The notes under the pieces: model-generated
Told to the model about the DNA's origin: nothing
The model's input: only the letters and a program-made list of their open reading frames with translations
The model's database searches: none
Part shown: one piece after another, positions 1 to 12,974 of the stretch
Position numbering within the stretch: position 1 is the stretch's first letter
Layout: every line of letters starts with the position of its first letter
Assembly: GCA_038087875.1 (NCBI GenBank)
Contig: JAXLNO010002693.1
Coordinates: forward strand, 1 to 64,000
DNA: 64,000 nt
Source of the DNA: Malacoraja senta
Taxonomy: Eukaryota
Direction of reading: 5' to 3'
Program-made: the position numbers and the translations under genes

Positions 1-1238
1 GACAAGGTCCCACACAAGAGATTAGTGTGTGTTTTCAGAATGACAGGCAGTGACTAGTGGGGTGCCGTAAGTCTCAGTGCTGGGACCCCAGTAATTTACA
101 ATATATATTAACGATTTGGACAAGGGAATTAAATGAAACATCTCCAAGTTTGCAGATGACACATAGCTGGGTGGCAGTGTGAGCTGCGAGGAGGATGCGG
201 TGAGGCTGCAGCGTGACTTGGATAGATTGGGTGAATTGGCAGATGCATGGCAGTTGCAGTATAATGTGGATAAGTGTGAGGTGATCCACTTTGGTGGCAA
301 GAACAAAAAGGCAGATCACTATCTGAATGGTGGCGTGGGAGATTGCAAACTTCACGTGGTCTGCACTGTTTCAACGAGTGCATTCAACCTGGCGTGCACA
401 ATCAAATAAGATCGAATAGAACAAGTTGTCCCACAACTTTAGGCTGTGCACGCCATACACAAGAAGAAGATCTGAATTATGTCAGATTATGTCAGAAAAT
501 GGGAGGAGCAACGAGACCTGGGTGTGCTTGCACACCTGTCACTGAAAGTAAGCATGCAGGTAAAGTAGGCAGTGAAGAAAGCAGATTACATGTTAGCCTT
601 CATAGCGAGAGGATTTGAGTACAGGAGCAAGGAAGTCTGACTGCAGTTGTACGGGGCCCTAGTGAGACCACACCTGGAGTGTGTGTAGTTTTGTTCTCCT
701 TATTTGAAGGACATTCTTGCTATTGAGGGAGTGCAGCGTACGTTCACTGGGTTAATTCCCTGGGTGGCGGGACTGACATATGAGGAAAGAATGGGATGAC
801 TGGGGTTGTACTCACTGGAATTTAGGAGGATGAGAGGGTATCTTATGGAAACATATACAATTCTTAAGGCATTGGATAGGCTAGACTAGATGCAGGAAAA
901 ATGTTCTCAGTGTTGGTGGAGTCCATAGCCTGGGGTCACAGTTTAAGAATTATGGGTAGGCCATTTAGGATTGAGATGAGGACAAACCTTTTCACCCAGG
1001 GAGTTGTGAATCTGTGGTATTCTGTGCCACAGATAGCAGTGGAGGCCAATTTACTGGATGTTTTCAAGAGAGAGTTAGCGGTAGCTCCTAGGGCTAACGG
1101 AATCAAGGAATAAGGGGAACAAGCTGGAACAGGGTACTGATTTTGGATGATCAACCATGATCATATTGAATGGGGGTGGTGGCTCGATGCGCCGAATGAT
1201 CTACTCCTGCGCCTATTTTCTATGTTTCTATGTTTCTA
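1..1238 (+). mobile_element. CR1/HER1-like LINE 3' fragment (decayed RT region to tail)
   Basis: RT-type peptides (SCEEDAVRLQRDLDRLGELADAWQLQYNVDKCEVIH) and tail ending ...ctactcctgcgcctattttctatgtttctatgtttc; multiple stops; interrupted at ~335-470. Confidence 0.9.
335..470 (+). mobile_element. Short interspersed element with (AAG)n tail, copy 1
   Basis: Near-identical to 13516-13651; ends gcacgccatacacaagaagaaga; inserted within the CR1 fragment. Confidence 0.65.
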
Positions 1239-1259
1239 TTCTCTGGGCTTTGTTCTCAC

Positions 1260-1584
1260 CTTCCACAATCAGCAGCGTTGGAATTACAGAGTGACATTTT
1301 CCAACATTGAGCTTCAGGTGGCACCGGTATTTATCATATCCTCCCGGTTCAATCGCGCCACCATCATCTAGAAATCTTTCTGCCTGAGGTTCTCCACGAA
1401 TCTGAACCGACCCCCTCCGGCATCCTGCGTCACTTCACCGCAAACCGGGATATGTACAGTTAAACAGAAGGCTGGGTGAGGATGTGATCAGTGGGTGGCT
1501 AAATGTACACGGCAACACAGCGGAGGCTCCTTCCACGGCAGACACGCACCAGACCGGATATTGTCCCAACATGGTACGGAATGT
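1260..1584 (-). pseudogene. SIGLEC15-like V-set exon, copy 1 (internal deletions, frameshift, stop)
   Basis: Acceptor atatag|AC at 1584, donor G|gtgaga at 1260; homologous to 12975-13361 but 325 nt; lacks the C-strand Trp segment; F strand reads YRCHLKL. Confidence 0.85.
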
Positions 1585-1739
1585 CTATATGTCGAGAGAG
1601 ATAGAAAGAGGAAGGGAGGCGGGGGGGGGGGGGGCATGGGCGGAAATGGCTTTTAAAACATGGGGGGGGGCACAAAGCCGAAACTATCCGGCCCGCAGGC
1701 GTAATTTTTTTTCAATTACTTTTCGCGACCTTGGAACTG

Positions 1740-2225
1740 CAGCGAGACCTGGGTTAAGCGAGCCGACCTGGGTGCTACAGCCAGTCCTGCGGCATGCGAT
1801 CCGGCCTGGGCGTTACACCCAGTCACGGAGCAAGCGAGCCGACCTGGGCGCTACAGCCAGACCTGGGGCAAGCGAGCCGAGCTGGGCGCTACAGCCAGTC
1901 CCGAGGCAAGCGAGCAGACCTGGGCGCTACAGCCAGACCTGCCAACCGACCTGGGCGCTAGAGCCAGTCCCGGGGCAGGCGAGCCGATCTGGGAACTGCA
2001 GGTCCTTTGGCCCACCGTGTCCGCGTCGACCAGCAATAACCCCGTACACTAGCACCATCCGACACACTAGGGCCAATTGACAATTCACCGAAGCACTTAA
2101 CCTACAAACCTGCACGTCTTTCGAGTGTGGGGCAGGCCAGCCGACCTGGGCGTTACAGCCAGTCACGGGGCAGGCGAGCTGACCTGGGCGCTACAGCCAG
2201 ATCTGTGGCACGTAGGCGACCTGGG
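1740..2225. repeat. GC-rich ~38-bp minisatellite, interrupted by a SINE fragment (~2020-2130)
   Basis: Unit gcgagccgacctgggcgctacagccagacctggggcaa repeated about 10 times with variants. Confidence 0.85.
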
Positions 2226-3394
2226 ACTGGGTGGGGAGGGGGTTGTCCCCCACCTCTCAAAAAATGGGGGGAGGGACAGGTCCCCCCCATACCCCCCAGG
2301 ATTTCAGGGGGTGGTTAACGTTAGTACGAGGAACAGATGCGGAGTTCCAAATCCACACTTTTCCCGGGGTGTTGTCACAAGCGATGTCTTCAGATGTCGG
2401 TGGTACAGATACATCTACACGGGGAGTGGGTTACAGGCTGCGATATAATCAACAGTTCATGTGTGTGTGAATCGCGTCTGTTCCCCGGCTCAGTTGTTTT
2501 TTATAATGTTGCTGATTTACTTTCTGGAGAGGGGACATGTGTCTACATTTTGCGGCACCGGTTACGGGTTCCCTCATGGTTACAGCGGTGGAGATGGCTA
2601 TTCGGCCCATTGAGTCTACACTGACTCCATGGATCATCATTACAGTCAGTCCGACTTCCCCACCACATTCTCGACCCACAGCCCTGCAACTTCCTTCCTT
2701 TCATATACCTCCCCCGCTGTCCTTTGAACGCCCCGGGTAAGTCTGCCCGCCACTTCCACCCCAACCGCCTCCCCCACCCCCCACCCCCGACCCTGCTCCC
2801 TGCGAGGACTCATGTCCCCCCAGCAGCACACTTGGTTCTTTGGCCAACACCAAGAAATCTAAATCGTCATCTCTTATGCGTCCACCCATGGGAACAACAG
2901 CCCTGTACACAATGTTAAATCCTTCCATTAGATCTCCTCACGACCTCGGTGTGAGGAGCTGGAAACCAGTCGGCCCCTCCAGCTCGCACCTGCGGTCGAT
3001 AACATCGCGGTTGCTCTGCTGATAATTCTTTCTCCACATCCCCGCCTGCTCCCGGCAATGTTGCCCCCCCCCCTCTTGCTGATCGAGAGTCTGACTCGGT
3101 TTTATGAAGGGCGGTCTCCATACGCATTTTCCTCCATTTGCCTCGCCACCCGGTCACCCTCACCAGGAGATCGGTGGGTCAAGAGGGCGCCTCACCACCA
3201 CCTTCTGAAGGACACTATATGGACAATATATAAAATAAATGTATTATTATTATTATTAATATCAACACATTCCCCACCCGCCCCACCCCATACATTGGCA
3301 AACCTGAGCCAAAGTACAAACAGCTGGAGCGCGGTACATTGGGGGAGATGACGAGACAGAGGAGATAAGAAGGAGACAACCAAAAGGCACCTCC

Positions 3395-3455
3395 TGTAAC
3401 CCTGGACTGAGACGGAGAGCAGGACGGTGCAGAGACAAACGCGGAGAGAGCGCAT
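3395..3455 (-). pseudogene. SIGLEC15-like leader exon, copy 1 (donor mutated GT>GG)
   Basis: MRSLRVCLCTVLLSVSVQGY; junction reads A|ggaggt where copy 2 has A|gtaggt. Confidence 0.8.
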
Positions 3456-3726
3456 CGCCAACGCGTCGCTCAAATGCGGAACTTGCTCTGTAGGTTCCTT
3501 CACTTCCTGTCAAAAGTTGAGGAACTATTTTAATTATTTATAATTCGTTATTTATAGCGGACCACTGTTACGAACAAAACACAAGTTACTGGAGGAACCC
3601 AATCGTTCAAGCTGCATCTATGAAGGGATATGGACAGACGACCTCTGAAGTCAGGCCCCGACCCGACATTTCCCCCCAAAGATGCCGCTGGCCGGTGAGT
3701 TCCTCCGGCACTTTGGACGCAGAATT

Positions 3727-4317
3727 GGGCCTGTCCCACTTGATCGTCATTTCCGCATCACGCAGATGGCGCGCGAAGATTTTGTACATCACAAAATCCT
3801 GCGACGCCGCGCGCGGCCGCGCGTCACTACCTATGTAGTGACGCGCGGCCGGGACGACAGATGGTGCAATGGGCTAAGTGTTCGGCTGGCAACCGGAAGG
3901 TAGCCGGTTCGAATCCCGCTTGGAGTGCATACTGTCGTTGTGTCCTTGGGCAAGACACTTCACCCACCTTTGCCTGCGTGTGAATGTGTGTGAATGTGTG
4001 TGAGTGATTGGTGGTGGTCGGAGGGGCCGTAGGCGCAAATTAGCACCCACGCTTCCGTCAGTCTGCCCCAGGGCAGCTGTGGCTACAGAAGTAGCTTACC
4101 ACCACCGAGTGTGACTGAGGAGTGAATGAATAATGCGATGTAAAGCGCCTTGAGTATTAGAAAGGCGCTATATAAATCCCATCCATCATTATTATTATTA
4201 TGTCATCGCGCACCATGCGCGCATCACGTGCGTGTCATGATGCGCGCGTCGTGCGTCGTGACGCGTAAATGATGTGGCGTAAATTACGCGCAAATGACGG
4301 CCAAGTGGGACAGGCCC
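3727..4317. mobile_element. MITE with 16-bp terminal inverted repeats (PIF/Harbinger-like)
   Basis: gggcctgtcccacttg (3727-3742) and caagtgggacaggccc (4302-4317); internal palindrome gcgcgtcactacctatgtagtgacgcgc. Confidence 0.8.
3851..4200 (+). mobile_element. tRNA-derived CORE-type SINE with L2-like tail, nested in the MITE
   Basis: B-box ggttcgaatccc, CORE-like gtgtccttgggcaagacactt, tail tgtaaagcgccttgagtattagaaaggcgctatataaat followed by (tta)n. Confidence 0.8.
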
Positions 4318-4339
4318 TTGACATTGCCCAGGCAAACGG

Positions 4340-5300
4340 TGTTGGACTAACTTAATCCCCTGCAAGAACAATCCCCATGAACACATAAGTACAACTTCCA
4401 GCAAAAGAATTCGGCTGACGTTACAGATTGTACTTTGCACAATGTTGATGCATTTCAATCTTCCAGATGTGTAGATGTGGTCAAACGGTGCAACATCTAT
4501 GCATGTTGTACCTACCTCTCCTTTGCATTAACGGATGCTGTGCGGAGGATGCATATTGTATGGAACGGCCCTCTTAGGGGAGATAGTGTGTTTTGCTTCT
4601 TTATTTATCCGTGACGTCCCATAATCCCATCCGACCTTGACCCCTTTGCTCCACCTCCCAATGGGATAACAAGAACAAAGTTTGTTTGAGGGAAGCCATT
4701 TTTGGTTGAACCCTGTTTCATCACCAGCCAACAGCTAGCCATTCACACTGAGCCCACATAAATCCCAATCAGTCCAAATACAGGCTGTATCTCACTCCCG
4801 GGCACCAGACATCTCGGTTTGCTTCCATTCATCCCGAAGCTGTGAACAATGTTTCAAGACTTTACTGTTTGTATGAGAAAGTGAATCTAAAGAATGAACC
4901 ACACGTTGTCACGATGCAATGAGAGCAACAGCAGAACTCTGAAAAAAACATACACAGAGACACTTCTTCACCAACAGCTCAGTTGATGCACTCACGCGGT
5001 TTTCTTTTCTTGACACTGAAATGCAGACGTTGCTGCAAAATGTTCAAGCACCGCTCAAGCACAACACTGACATTCATCACTCAAAGGAAGAAGGGGGCAG
5101 AGCAGAGAAGTCATTCTAGTCATTCTAGTAATGAGCGGCACAGCAGCAAACTTTGCCTCCAAAGGAATCCTACCCGACTATAGGGAAGCACTGCAATGAA
5201 TGTCAGGGGTGAAGGATCCAGAAACATTGTTACTTCATCCCAAAGTGAAGCAGTGTGAGCCGGACAGGAAGCACAGAGAGGACGAAGTGGATGTTGTCAT
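4340..5300 (-). pseudogene. Type-B relic module 1 (decayed promoter/leader plus possible Ig-like exon)
   Basis: Block homologous to 14830-15700, 16905-17130/18400-18920 and 19800-20350; contains sequence alignable with the SIGLEC15-like leader and promoter. Confidence 0.45.
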
Positions 5301-5429
5301 TTCATGCAGAGCACTGTTGTGAGCATAACACAGGTTACTGGAGCAACTGAACAGGTCAAGCTGCAGCTGTGCAGGGAAATGGGTAGGCGACGTCAGACTG
5401 TTGTAGGAAGGAACTGCAGATGCTGGTTG

Positions 5430-5680
5430 AAACCGAAGATAGACACAAAATGGTGGGGTAACTCAGCGGGACAGGCAGCATCTCTGGAACTGGGGAATGG
5501 GTGACGTTTCCGGTCAAGTCTGATAGAGGGTCTCGACTCGAAACGTCACCCATTCCTTCCCGCTGAGTTGCTCCGGCATTTTGTGTCTATCGGAGGACGT
5601 CTGAAGTCAGGCGCCGATTGGATACATTTGTCCATTTCCCCCCATAGATGCTGGCTGGGCCGCTGAGTTCTTCCAGCACT
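5430..5680. repeat. Penelope-associated short repeat
   Basis: actcagcgggacaggcagcatctctgg...gggtgacgtttc motif and its inverted copy; the same motif recurs at ~14620-14790, 15750-16000, 18920-19020, 32230-32360, 55930-56070 and 60770-61000. Confidence 0.6.
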
Positions 5681-6317
5681 TTGTGTTTCGCTGACGATTC
5701 GTGGTGTTTTGTGTGCCTGGGTTATCGTCCTGAAGTGATGCAGTGCGGGATGAGGTCTCGTTGCCCAACATGTCCACACTCGTGGTGCGAGTGGCTCTGA
5801 GAAGTACAGAAAATGTCCGAGAGTTCTTCATGAACAAATTAGGAGGGCTAAGTTGAAATATCACTGGCAGAGAAGATTAATGAAAACCTTGTTCAATTTA
5901 CTGTCGGACAAGGAATACAAAGTGATCTATTTTGTTGTTAAACCAGAGCAAGAATAATACAGCGAATATGAGACTCGTAATTCATATTTGATAGGAGTAG
6001 AATCTAGATCATTCGCTTCATCAAGTTTACTCCGCCGTTCAATCATGGAGGAAATCTATCTTTTCCTCTCATCCATATTCTCTTGCCTTTTGCCTATAAC
6101 CCTGCCACCCGTACTAATCAATAATCTATCAATCTCTGCCTTAAAAATATAGTTTGACTTGGCCCTCACAGCTTTCGTTAGCAATGAATTCCACTGATTC
6201 ACCATTCTCTGACTAAATAAATTCCTTCTCACCTCCTTTCTACCCAGGCACGTTCTGTTATTCTGAGGCCATGGCCTCTGGTTCTAGACTCTCCCCCTAG
6301 TGGAAACCTCCTCATTG

Positions 6318-8056
6318 GGAAACCTCCTCATCGGAAACGTGGCCGACGGGCAGGACTTCAGGTCAGAATGAAGCGCAGGGGACTTCGGCCCCCTCTCCCT
6401 ACTATCCTACTGGTCAATGTACAGTCACTAGAAAATAAAGTGGAGGACTTAAGGGCAAGACTGCTTTATCAAAGGGAGCCGAGGGAATGCTCGGTGTTCT
6501 GTTTCACAGAGACATGGCTCACCCCCAGCGCCCCAGACTCAGCGGTCCAGCCTGAAGGGTTTTCCATCCATAATATGGACCGTACCCTGGCATATGGGAA
6601 AGGGAGAGGAGGGGGCATCTGCCTCATGGTCAACTGTGCGTGGTGCTCAGACGTGGCAGTCCTGTCCAACTCCTGCTCTCCACACCTCGAACACCTGGCG
6701 GTGAAGTGCCGTCCCTTCTACCTTCCGAGGGAATTCACCTCCATCATCCTGACCGCGGTATACATTCCACCCCAGGCAGACGTCCGTCTGGCACTGGAGG
6801 AGCTGCACGCCATGGTCAACAAACACCAGACGTCTCATCCCGAGGCATTTACCACCATTGCTGGGGACGTCAATAAGGCAAACCTAAAGAAATCACTTCC
6901 TAACTTTCACCAACATGTCTCCTGCTGCACCAGAAGACCAAACACCCTCGACCACTGCTACACCACCATCAAGAATGCCTATCGCTCTATCCCTCGCCCT
7001 CACTTCGGTAAATCCGACCATACCACGGTGCTGCTTCTTCCTGCCTACAGGCCGCAATTAAAGAGCGCACCCCCAGAGGTGAGGACAGTACAGAGCTGGT
7101 CGGGGGAGGAAGAGGAACAACTACAGGACTGTTTGGACTATATTTAAGAGGGAGTTAGATGTGGCCCTTGTGGCTAAAGGGATCAGGGGGTATGGAGAGA
7201 AAGCAGGTACAGGATACTGAGTTGGATGATCAGCCATGATCATATTGAATGGCGGTGCAGGCTCGAAGGGCCGAATGGCCTACTCCTGCCCCTATTTTTC
7301 TATGTTTCTATGTTTCTATGTAGACTGGGCAATGTTCAAGGACTCGGCAACGGACTTGAACGTATACGCCACAGTCGTTACAGACTTCATTAAGAAATGT
7401 GTGGAGGACTGCATCCCTACAAAAACCTTCCGAGTGTTTCCCAATCAGAAACCTTGGAAGAACTTTGAGATCCGCTCTCTCCTGAAGACCAGACACCGGG
7501 CATTCATGTCTGATGATACAGTGGTCTACAAGAATTCCAGATACGACCTTGGTAAGGCCATCAAAAAGGGCAAAAGGGACTTCTGCTCCAAACTGGAGGA
7601 AGAGACAGATGTTCGGCGGCTGTGGCAGGGCCTGAATGCAATCACCTCTTACAAGGCGAAATCAGGAGGCAGCTCGAATGTCGGCGAAACATCACTCCCT
7701 GATGAGCTCAATGCGTTTTACGCACGCTTTGATAGGGAGAACACCGATGTGCCTTCCCGAGCCCTCATTCGCTGTGATGGTATTTCAGTCTCAGTCACAG
7801 AGGCCGACGTCAGGAAATCCTTCAGTGGTGAATCCTCGAAAAGCGCCTGGACCTGATGGTATACCTGGTCGTGTTCTAAAAACCTGTGCGGACCAACTGG
7901 CTGGAGTTTTTACGGACATTTTCAACCTCTCACTTCTGAGGTCTGAGGTTCCTACCTGCTTCAAAAGGGCATCAATTATACCACTGCCCAAGAAGAGTAA
8001 GGTGACGTGCCTCAATGACTATCGACCTGTGGCACTAACGCCTGCGGTGATGAAGT
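6318..8056 (+). mobile_element. Rex1/Babar non-LTR retrotransposon (endonuclease to start of RT), 3'-truncated
   Basis: 259-aa ORF with NVQSLENK, CFTETWL, RGGG, CRPFYLPREF, AVYIPP, TLDHCY, FGKSDH; downstream [14 protein letters not shown]...NDYRPVALT; stops abruptly at atgaagt. Confidence 0.9.
7139..7320 (+). mobile_element. Young CR1 3'-end insertion inside Rex1
   Basis: About 180 nt nearly identical to the reverse complement of 56420-56600; interrupts the Rex1 frame between QDCLD and VDW. Confidence 0.85.
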
Positions 8057-8381
8057 TCCCATGCTAGCGTTCCCATGTTCCGGAGATGGACCTCCGCCAG
8101 ACACAGGTACCCGTGACTGTCCTACACACTCAGCTGCTTTATCCTGGTTGAGGCGTTTCCCCGTACTGGGTCCCCGACCAGCTCGAACCGGGTTGCTCCG
8201 TTCTCTGCCGCCCAGGATCCGGTAGCTTGGGGTCTGAACGTGACGATGTGTCGGTAGGGATCCTTCCTCATCCATGTGACCACAAGTGAGACAAAGCCGG
8301 CTTTCGGCGGTGGGAACACACAGGGCAACGTGGCCGAAGCCCCCTCAGTCCCAGTCACCACTGAGACATTCCCGCCGGCAG
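8057..8381 (-). pseudogene. Second V-set exon (V2) of copy 2; premature stop, 3' end deleted
   Basis: Acceptor ttccctcag|CT; AGGNVSVVTGTEGASATLPCVFPPP...VTWMRK...RFELVGDPVRGNASTRIKQLSV*DSHGYLCLAEV; TAG at 8122-8124; abuts truncated Rex1. Confidence 0.85.
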
Positions 8382-8439
8382 CTGAGGGAAGGATAGACAC
8401 CGGAATGTATCAGCGTTCTGTGGGTGAATCGTCTTGTAC

Positions 8440-8670
8440 CGACCTCTCCCTGTGGGAGTTGGTGGAGGCGGTGCCCAGAATGGAGCTGACAGTGACGGTC
8501 CCATGGAATATGAGTCGCAGGGCGCAGGGGACAGGACATATTCAAGGATGGCTCCAGATCAGTGGTCACTGGGCGCCTCTGACAGCGCGGCTCTCCCTCG
8601 GCGCTGCGCTGAGAGCGAGAGAGTGAGCGACAGCGAACCCGCGCCTCCCCGGAACCTAACATTGTTCTCC
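8440..8670 (-). pseudogene. Degraded C2-set-like exon of copy 2
   Basis: QRSAEGEP resembles the SIGLEC15 C2 motif LCTAEGEP (CGC for TGC); downstream TVTVSSILGTAST resembles YTCTAANSLGRSE; frameshifted; paralog at 29765-30000. Confidence 0.5.
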
Positions 8671-9269
8671 ACGTGGAATATTCAATGTGTGAAGCGGTGA
8701 ACTACACACCGAAAGGGAGATCGGGCGTGGAGAACGAGGAGGGCTGTCGAAAAATGGGGAGGGTCGACGCTATCCAAGTGGGACACGGCGGGGAAGGGAA
8801 AGGGAGGGGGAGGCGTGGGGGAGGGGGGTGGTCAATGTGGGAGAGAGGCGTTAGGGAGGGGAAGGCAATAAAACTGTTCGGTGAACATTTGTAACTTTGT
8901 CGACGGCAAACGTGGTAACACTTGTGTACTGCCTAGGTGAAGTCTGCTACATCAATTCACTGCGTTGTCTGTAAAACAAGGTATTTCACGGTACCTAGGT
9001 ACATGCGAGAATACAGTGTCATTAGATCATTGAATTGAATCATCAACATGTATTGATCAGCATTGTACCTGGGGAACCCTTGGTCCGTGAGCTCTTGGGC
9101 AGCTACATTCTGAATGTGTGGCTGGCGATTGGAGAAGGGAGCAGGGATTTAGATTTCTCGACCACTGGGATCTTTTCTGGGGCAGGGGTGACCTGTACAA
9201 AAAGACGTGTTGCACCTTAATTGGAGGGGGCAACATCTTGGTAGGCAGGTTTGCTAGTGGTATGCGGAA

Positions 9270-11126
9270 GGGGGGATTCATAATAAGGTAGATGAATTGA
9301 ATGCGCAGTTAGTTGTTAACGGATATGATATCGTTGGGATCATGGAGACATGGCTCCAAGTGAATGAGGGTGGGAGCTGAATGTGCAGGGGTATTCTATA
9401 TTCAGAAAGGATAAACAGTAAGGAAGAGGAGGTGGGGTGGCATTGTTGGTTAAAGAACATTAATGCAATAGGAGAGACATAGAAACATAGAAACATAGAA
9501 AATAGGTGCAGGAGGAGGCCATTCGGCCCTTCGAGCCAGCACCGCCATTCATTGTGATCATGGCTGATCGTCCCAAATCAATAACCCGTGCCTGCCGTTT
9601 CACCATTTCCTTTGATTCCATTAGCTCCTGGAGTATCTAACTCTCTTAAATCCATCCAGTGATTTGGCCTCCACTGCCCTCTCTGGCAGGGAATTCTACA
9701 AATGCACAACTCTCTGGGTGAAAACGTTTTTTCTCACCTCAGTCTTAAATGGCCTCTCCTTTATTCTAAGACTGTGGCCCGTGGTTCTGGACTCGTCCAA
9801 CATTGGCAACATTTTTCCTGCATCTAGCTTGTCCAGTCCTACTATAATTTAATATGTTTCTATAAGATACCCCTCATCCTTCTAAACTCCAGTGAATACA
9901 AACTTAGTCTTTTCAATCTTTCCTCATATGACAGTCCCGCCATCCCAGGGATCAATCTCGTGAATTACGCTGCACTGTCTCAATCACAAGGATGCCCTTC
10001 CTCAAATTAGGAGACCAAAACTGTACACAATACTCCAGATGTGGTATCACCAGAGCCAAATACAACTGCAGAAGAACCTCTCTATTCCTATACTGAAATC
10101 CTCTTGTTATGAAGGCCAACATTCCATTAGCTTTCTTCACTGTCTGCTGTACCTGCACGCCAACTTTCAGTGACTGGTGTACAAGGACACCCTAGTTTCG
10201 CGGGACCCCCTCCCCACCCCCCTTTATCTAACCTAACCCCATTGAGATAATAATCTGCCCCATTGTTTTTGCCGCCAAAGTGGATAACCTCACATTTATC
10301 TATATTATACTGCATCTGCCACGCATCTGCCCACACACTCAACCTTTTCAGGACACTCTGCAACCTCCTAACATCCTCTTAACAGTTCACACTGCCACCC
10401 AGCTTTATGTCGTCCGCAAACTGCCTGCCATTCTGAAAAGGACCCGTTCGCTCCTATTCTTTGCTTCCTGTCTGCCAACCAATTTTCTATCCATGTGAAC
10501 ACCCTACCCCCAATACCATGTGCTCTAACTTTAGTCTCCCGTCTCCCTTGCGGGACCTTATCAAAGGCTTTCTGAAAGTCTAGATACACTACATCCACTG
10601 GCTCCCCTTCATCCATTTTACTTGTCTCATCTTCAAAAAATTCCAGAAGATTAGTCAAGCATGATTTCCCTTTCATAAATTCATGTTGACGGACTAATCC
10701 TTTTACTGCTATCCAAATGCCCCATAATTACCTCTTTAATAATTGACTCCAGCATCTTACCCACCACCGAAGTCAGACTAACTGGTGTGTAATTCCCCGT
10801 TTTCTCTCTCGCTCCATTCTTGAAAAGTGGGATAATATTAGCTCTCCTCCAATCCAGAGGAACTGATCCTGAATCTATTGAACATTGGAAAATGTTCACC
10901 AATGCGTCCACTATTTCTTGAGCCACCTCCCCGAGGACCCTGGGATGCAGACCATCCGGCCCAGGGGATTTATCATCCTTCAGTCCCATTAGCTTACCCA
11001 AAACTATTTCTCGGCTAATGAAAAATTATTTCAGTTCCTCTACCCCCTTAGATCCTTTGTCCTCCAGTACACCTGGGAGATTGTTTGTGTCTTCCTTAGT
11101 GAAGACAGATCCGATGCACCTGTTCA
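9270..11126 (-). mobile_element. CR1-like LINE fragments (short + strand 5' piece, then - strand RT-to-tail with deletions)
   Basis: Tail catagaaacatagaaa at ~9475; ORFs KSCLTNLLEFFED, DFQKAFDKVP, KSPGPDGLHPRVL. Confidence 0.9.
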
Positions 11127-11199
11127 CATTAAACAGACATTAGCTTGAATACTGCAGAATCCGTATGAGTAGAACTGCTAAATAGCCAAGGGCAGAAAA

Positions 11200-12955
11200 C
11201 GCTTATTGGAAAACAGCAGTAGGGAGGTTGGGGATAGCATCAAGCAGTAAATTAGGGATGCGTGTAGCAAAGGTACATCAGTTTTCATGGGTGACTTTAA
11301 TCTACATATCGATTGTGCTAAGCAAATTGGTAACAACATTGAGGAGGAGGATTTCCTGGAGTTTATTCTGGATGGTTTTCTAAGCCACTATGTAGAGGAG
11401 CCAATTAGAGGGCAGGCCATCCTAGACCGGGTATTGTGTAATGAGGAAGGATTAGTTAGCAATCTTGTTGTGCAAAGCCGCGTGGGCAACAGTGACCATA
11501 ATGTGGTGGAATTCTGCATTAGGATGGAGAGTGACACAGTTAATTCAGAGACTAGTGCCCTGAACATAAAGAAAGGAGACTTTTATGGTATGAGACGGGA
11601 ATTGGCTAGGATAAATGGGCGAATTATACTTAAAGGGTTGACGGTGGATATGCAATGACACAGAATTAAAGATCGCATGGATGAATTATAACAATTGTTC
11701 ATCGTCTGGCGTAAAAATAAAATGGGGAACGTGGCTCAACCGTGGCTAACAAGGGAAATGAGGTATAATGTTAAATCCAAGAAAGGCATATAAATTGGCC
11801 AGAAGAAGCAGCAAACCGGGATGATTTAGAATTCAATAGAGGCGAACAAGGGGGTTAATTAAAGGTGAATGTACAGTATGAAAGCAAGCGTGCAGGGAAT
11901 ATAAAAACTGACTGTTTGAAATGTGAAGATGAAAAGATTAGCGAAGATAAATGTAGGCCCCTTACCGTCAAAAACAGGTGAATTAATAATGGGAAACAAG
12001 GAAATGGCAGATCAGTTAAGACCAAGTTCTTCGGTTCTGTCTCCACGAAGGAAGGCACAAACAATCTCCCAGAAATACCTGGGGACTGAGGATCTAGTGG
12101 GAGGGAGGAACTGAAGGGAATTCACATTGGTCAGGAAATTGTGTTAGGTAAATTGTTGGGACTGAAGGCAGATAAATCGCCAGGGCGTGATGGTTTGCAT
12201 CTCAGAGTACATAAGGAGGTGGCCCTGGAAATCGTGGGTGCATTGGTGATCATTTTTTAATGTTCTATAGACTTTGGATCAGTTCATGTGGACTGGAGCG
12301 TAGCTAATGTAACCCCGCTTTTTAAGAAACGAGGGAGTGAGAAAACGGCGAATTATAGACCAGATAGCCTTACATCGGTAGTGGGAAGATTATTAAAGTC
12401 GATTATTGAGTCGATTATTAAAGATGAAATAGCAGCGCATTTGGAAGGACATTCTTGCTATTGAGGAAGTGTAGCGTGGGTTCACCAGGTTAAATCCCGG
12501 AATGGCGGGACTGACATATGATGAAAGAATGTGTCGACTGGGCTTGCATTCACTGGAATTTAGAAGGATGAGAGTGGACCTTATAGAAACATATATAAGT
12601 TTTAAGGGAGTGGATAGGCTAGATGCAGGAAAAATATCCCCCATGTTGGGGGAGTCCAGAAAAATGAGACGCAGTTTAAGAATAATGGTAGACCATTTAG
12701 GACTGAGACGAGTTAAAACGGTTTCACCCAAAGAATCTGTGGAATCTGTGGAATTCTCTGTAAAAGAAGGCAGTTGAGGCCAATTCACTGGATGTTTTCA
12801 AGAGAAAGTTGTCGGGCTAACGGAATCAAGATAGTTGGGGAAAACGGGAACGGTGATTTTGGGTGATCAGCCATGATAACATTGAATGGGGTTGTTGGCT
12901 CGAAGGGCCGAATGGCCTACACCTACACTTATTTCTGTGTTTCTATGTTTCTACT
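11200..12955 (+). mobile_element. CR1-like LINE, decayed, with large internal deletions
   Basis: MGDFNLHID...SDHN endonuclease segment, RT-end segment and tail at ~12900-12955. Confidence 0.9.
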
Positions 12956-12974
12956 CTCTGAAAATTGTTCTCAC

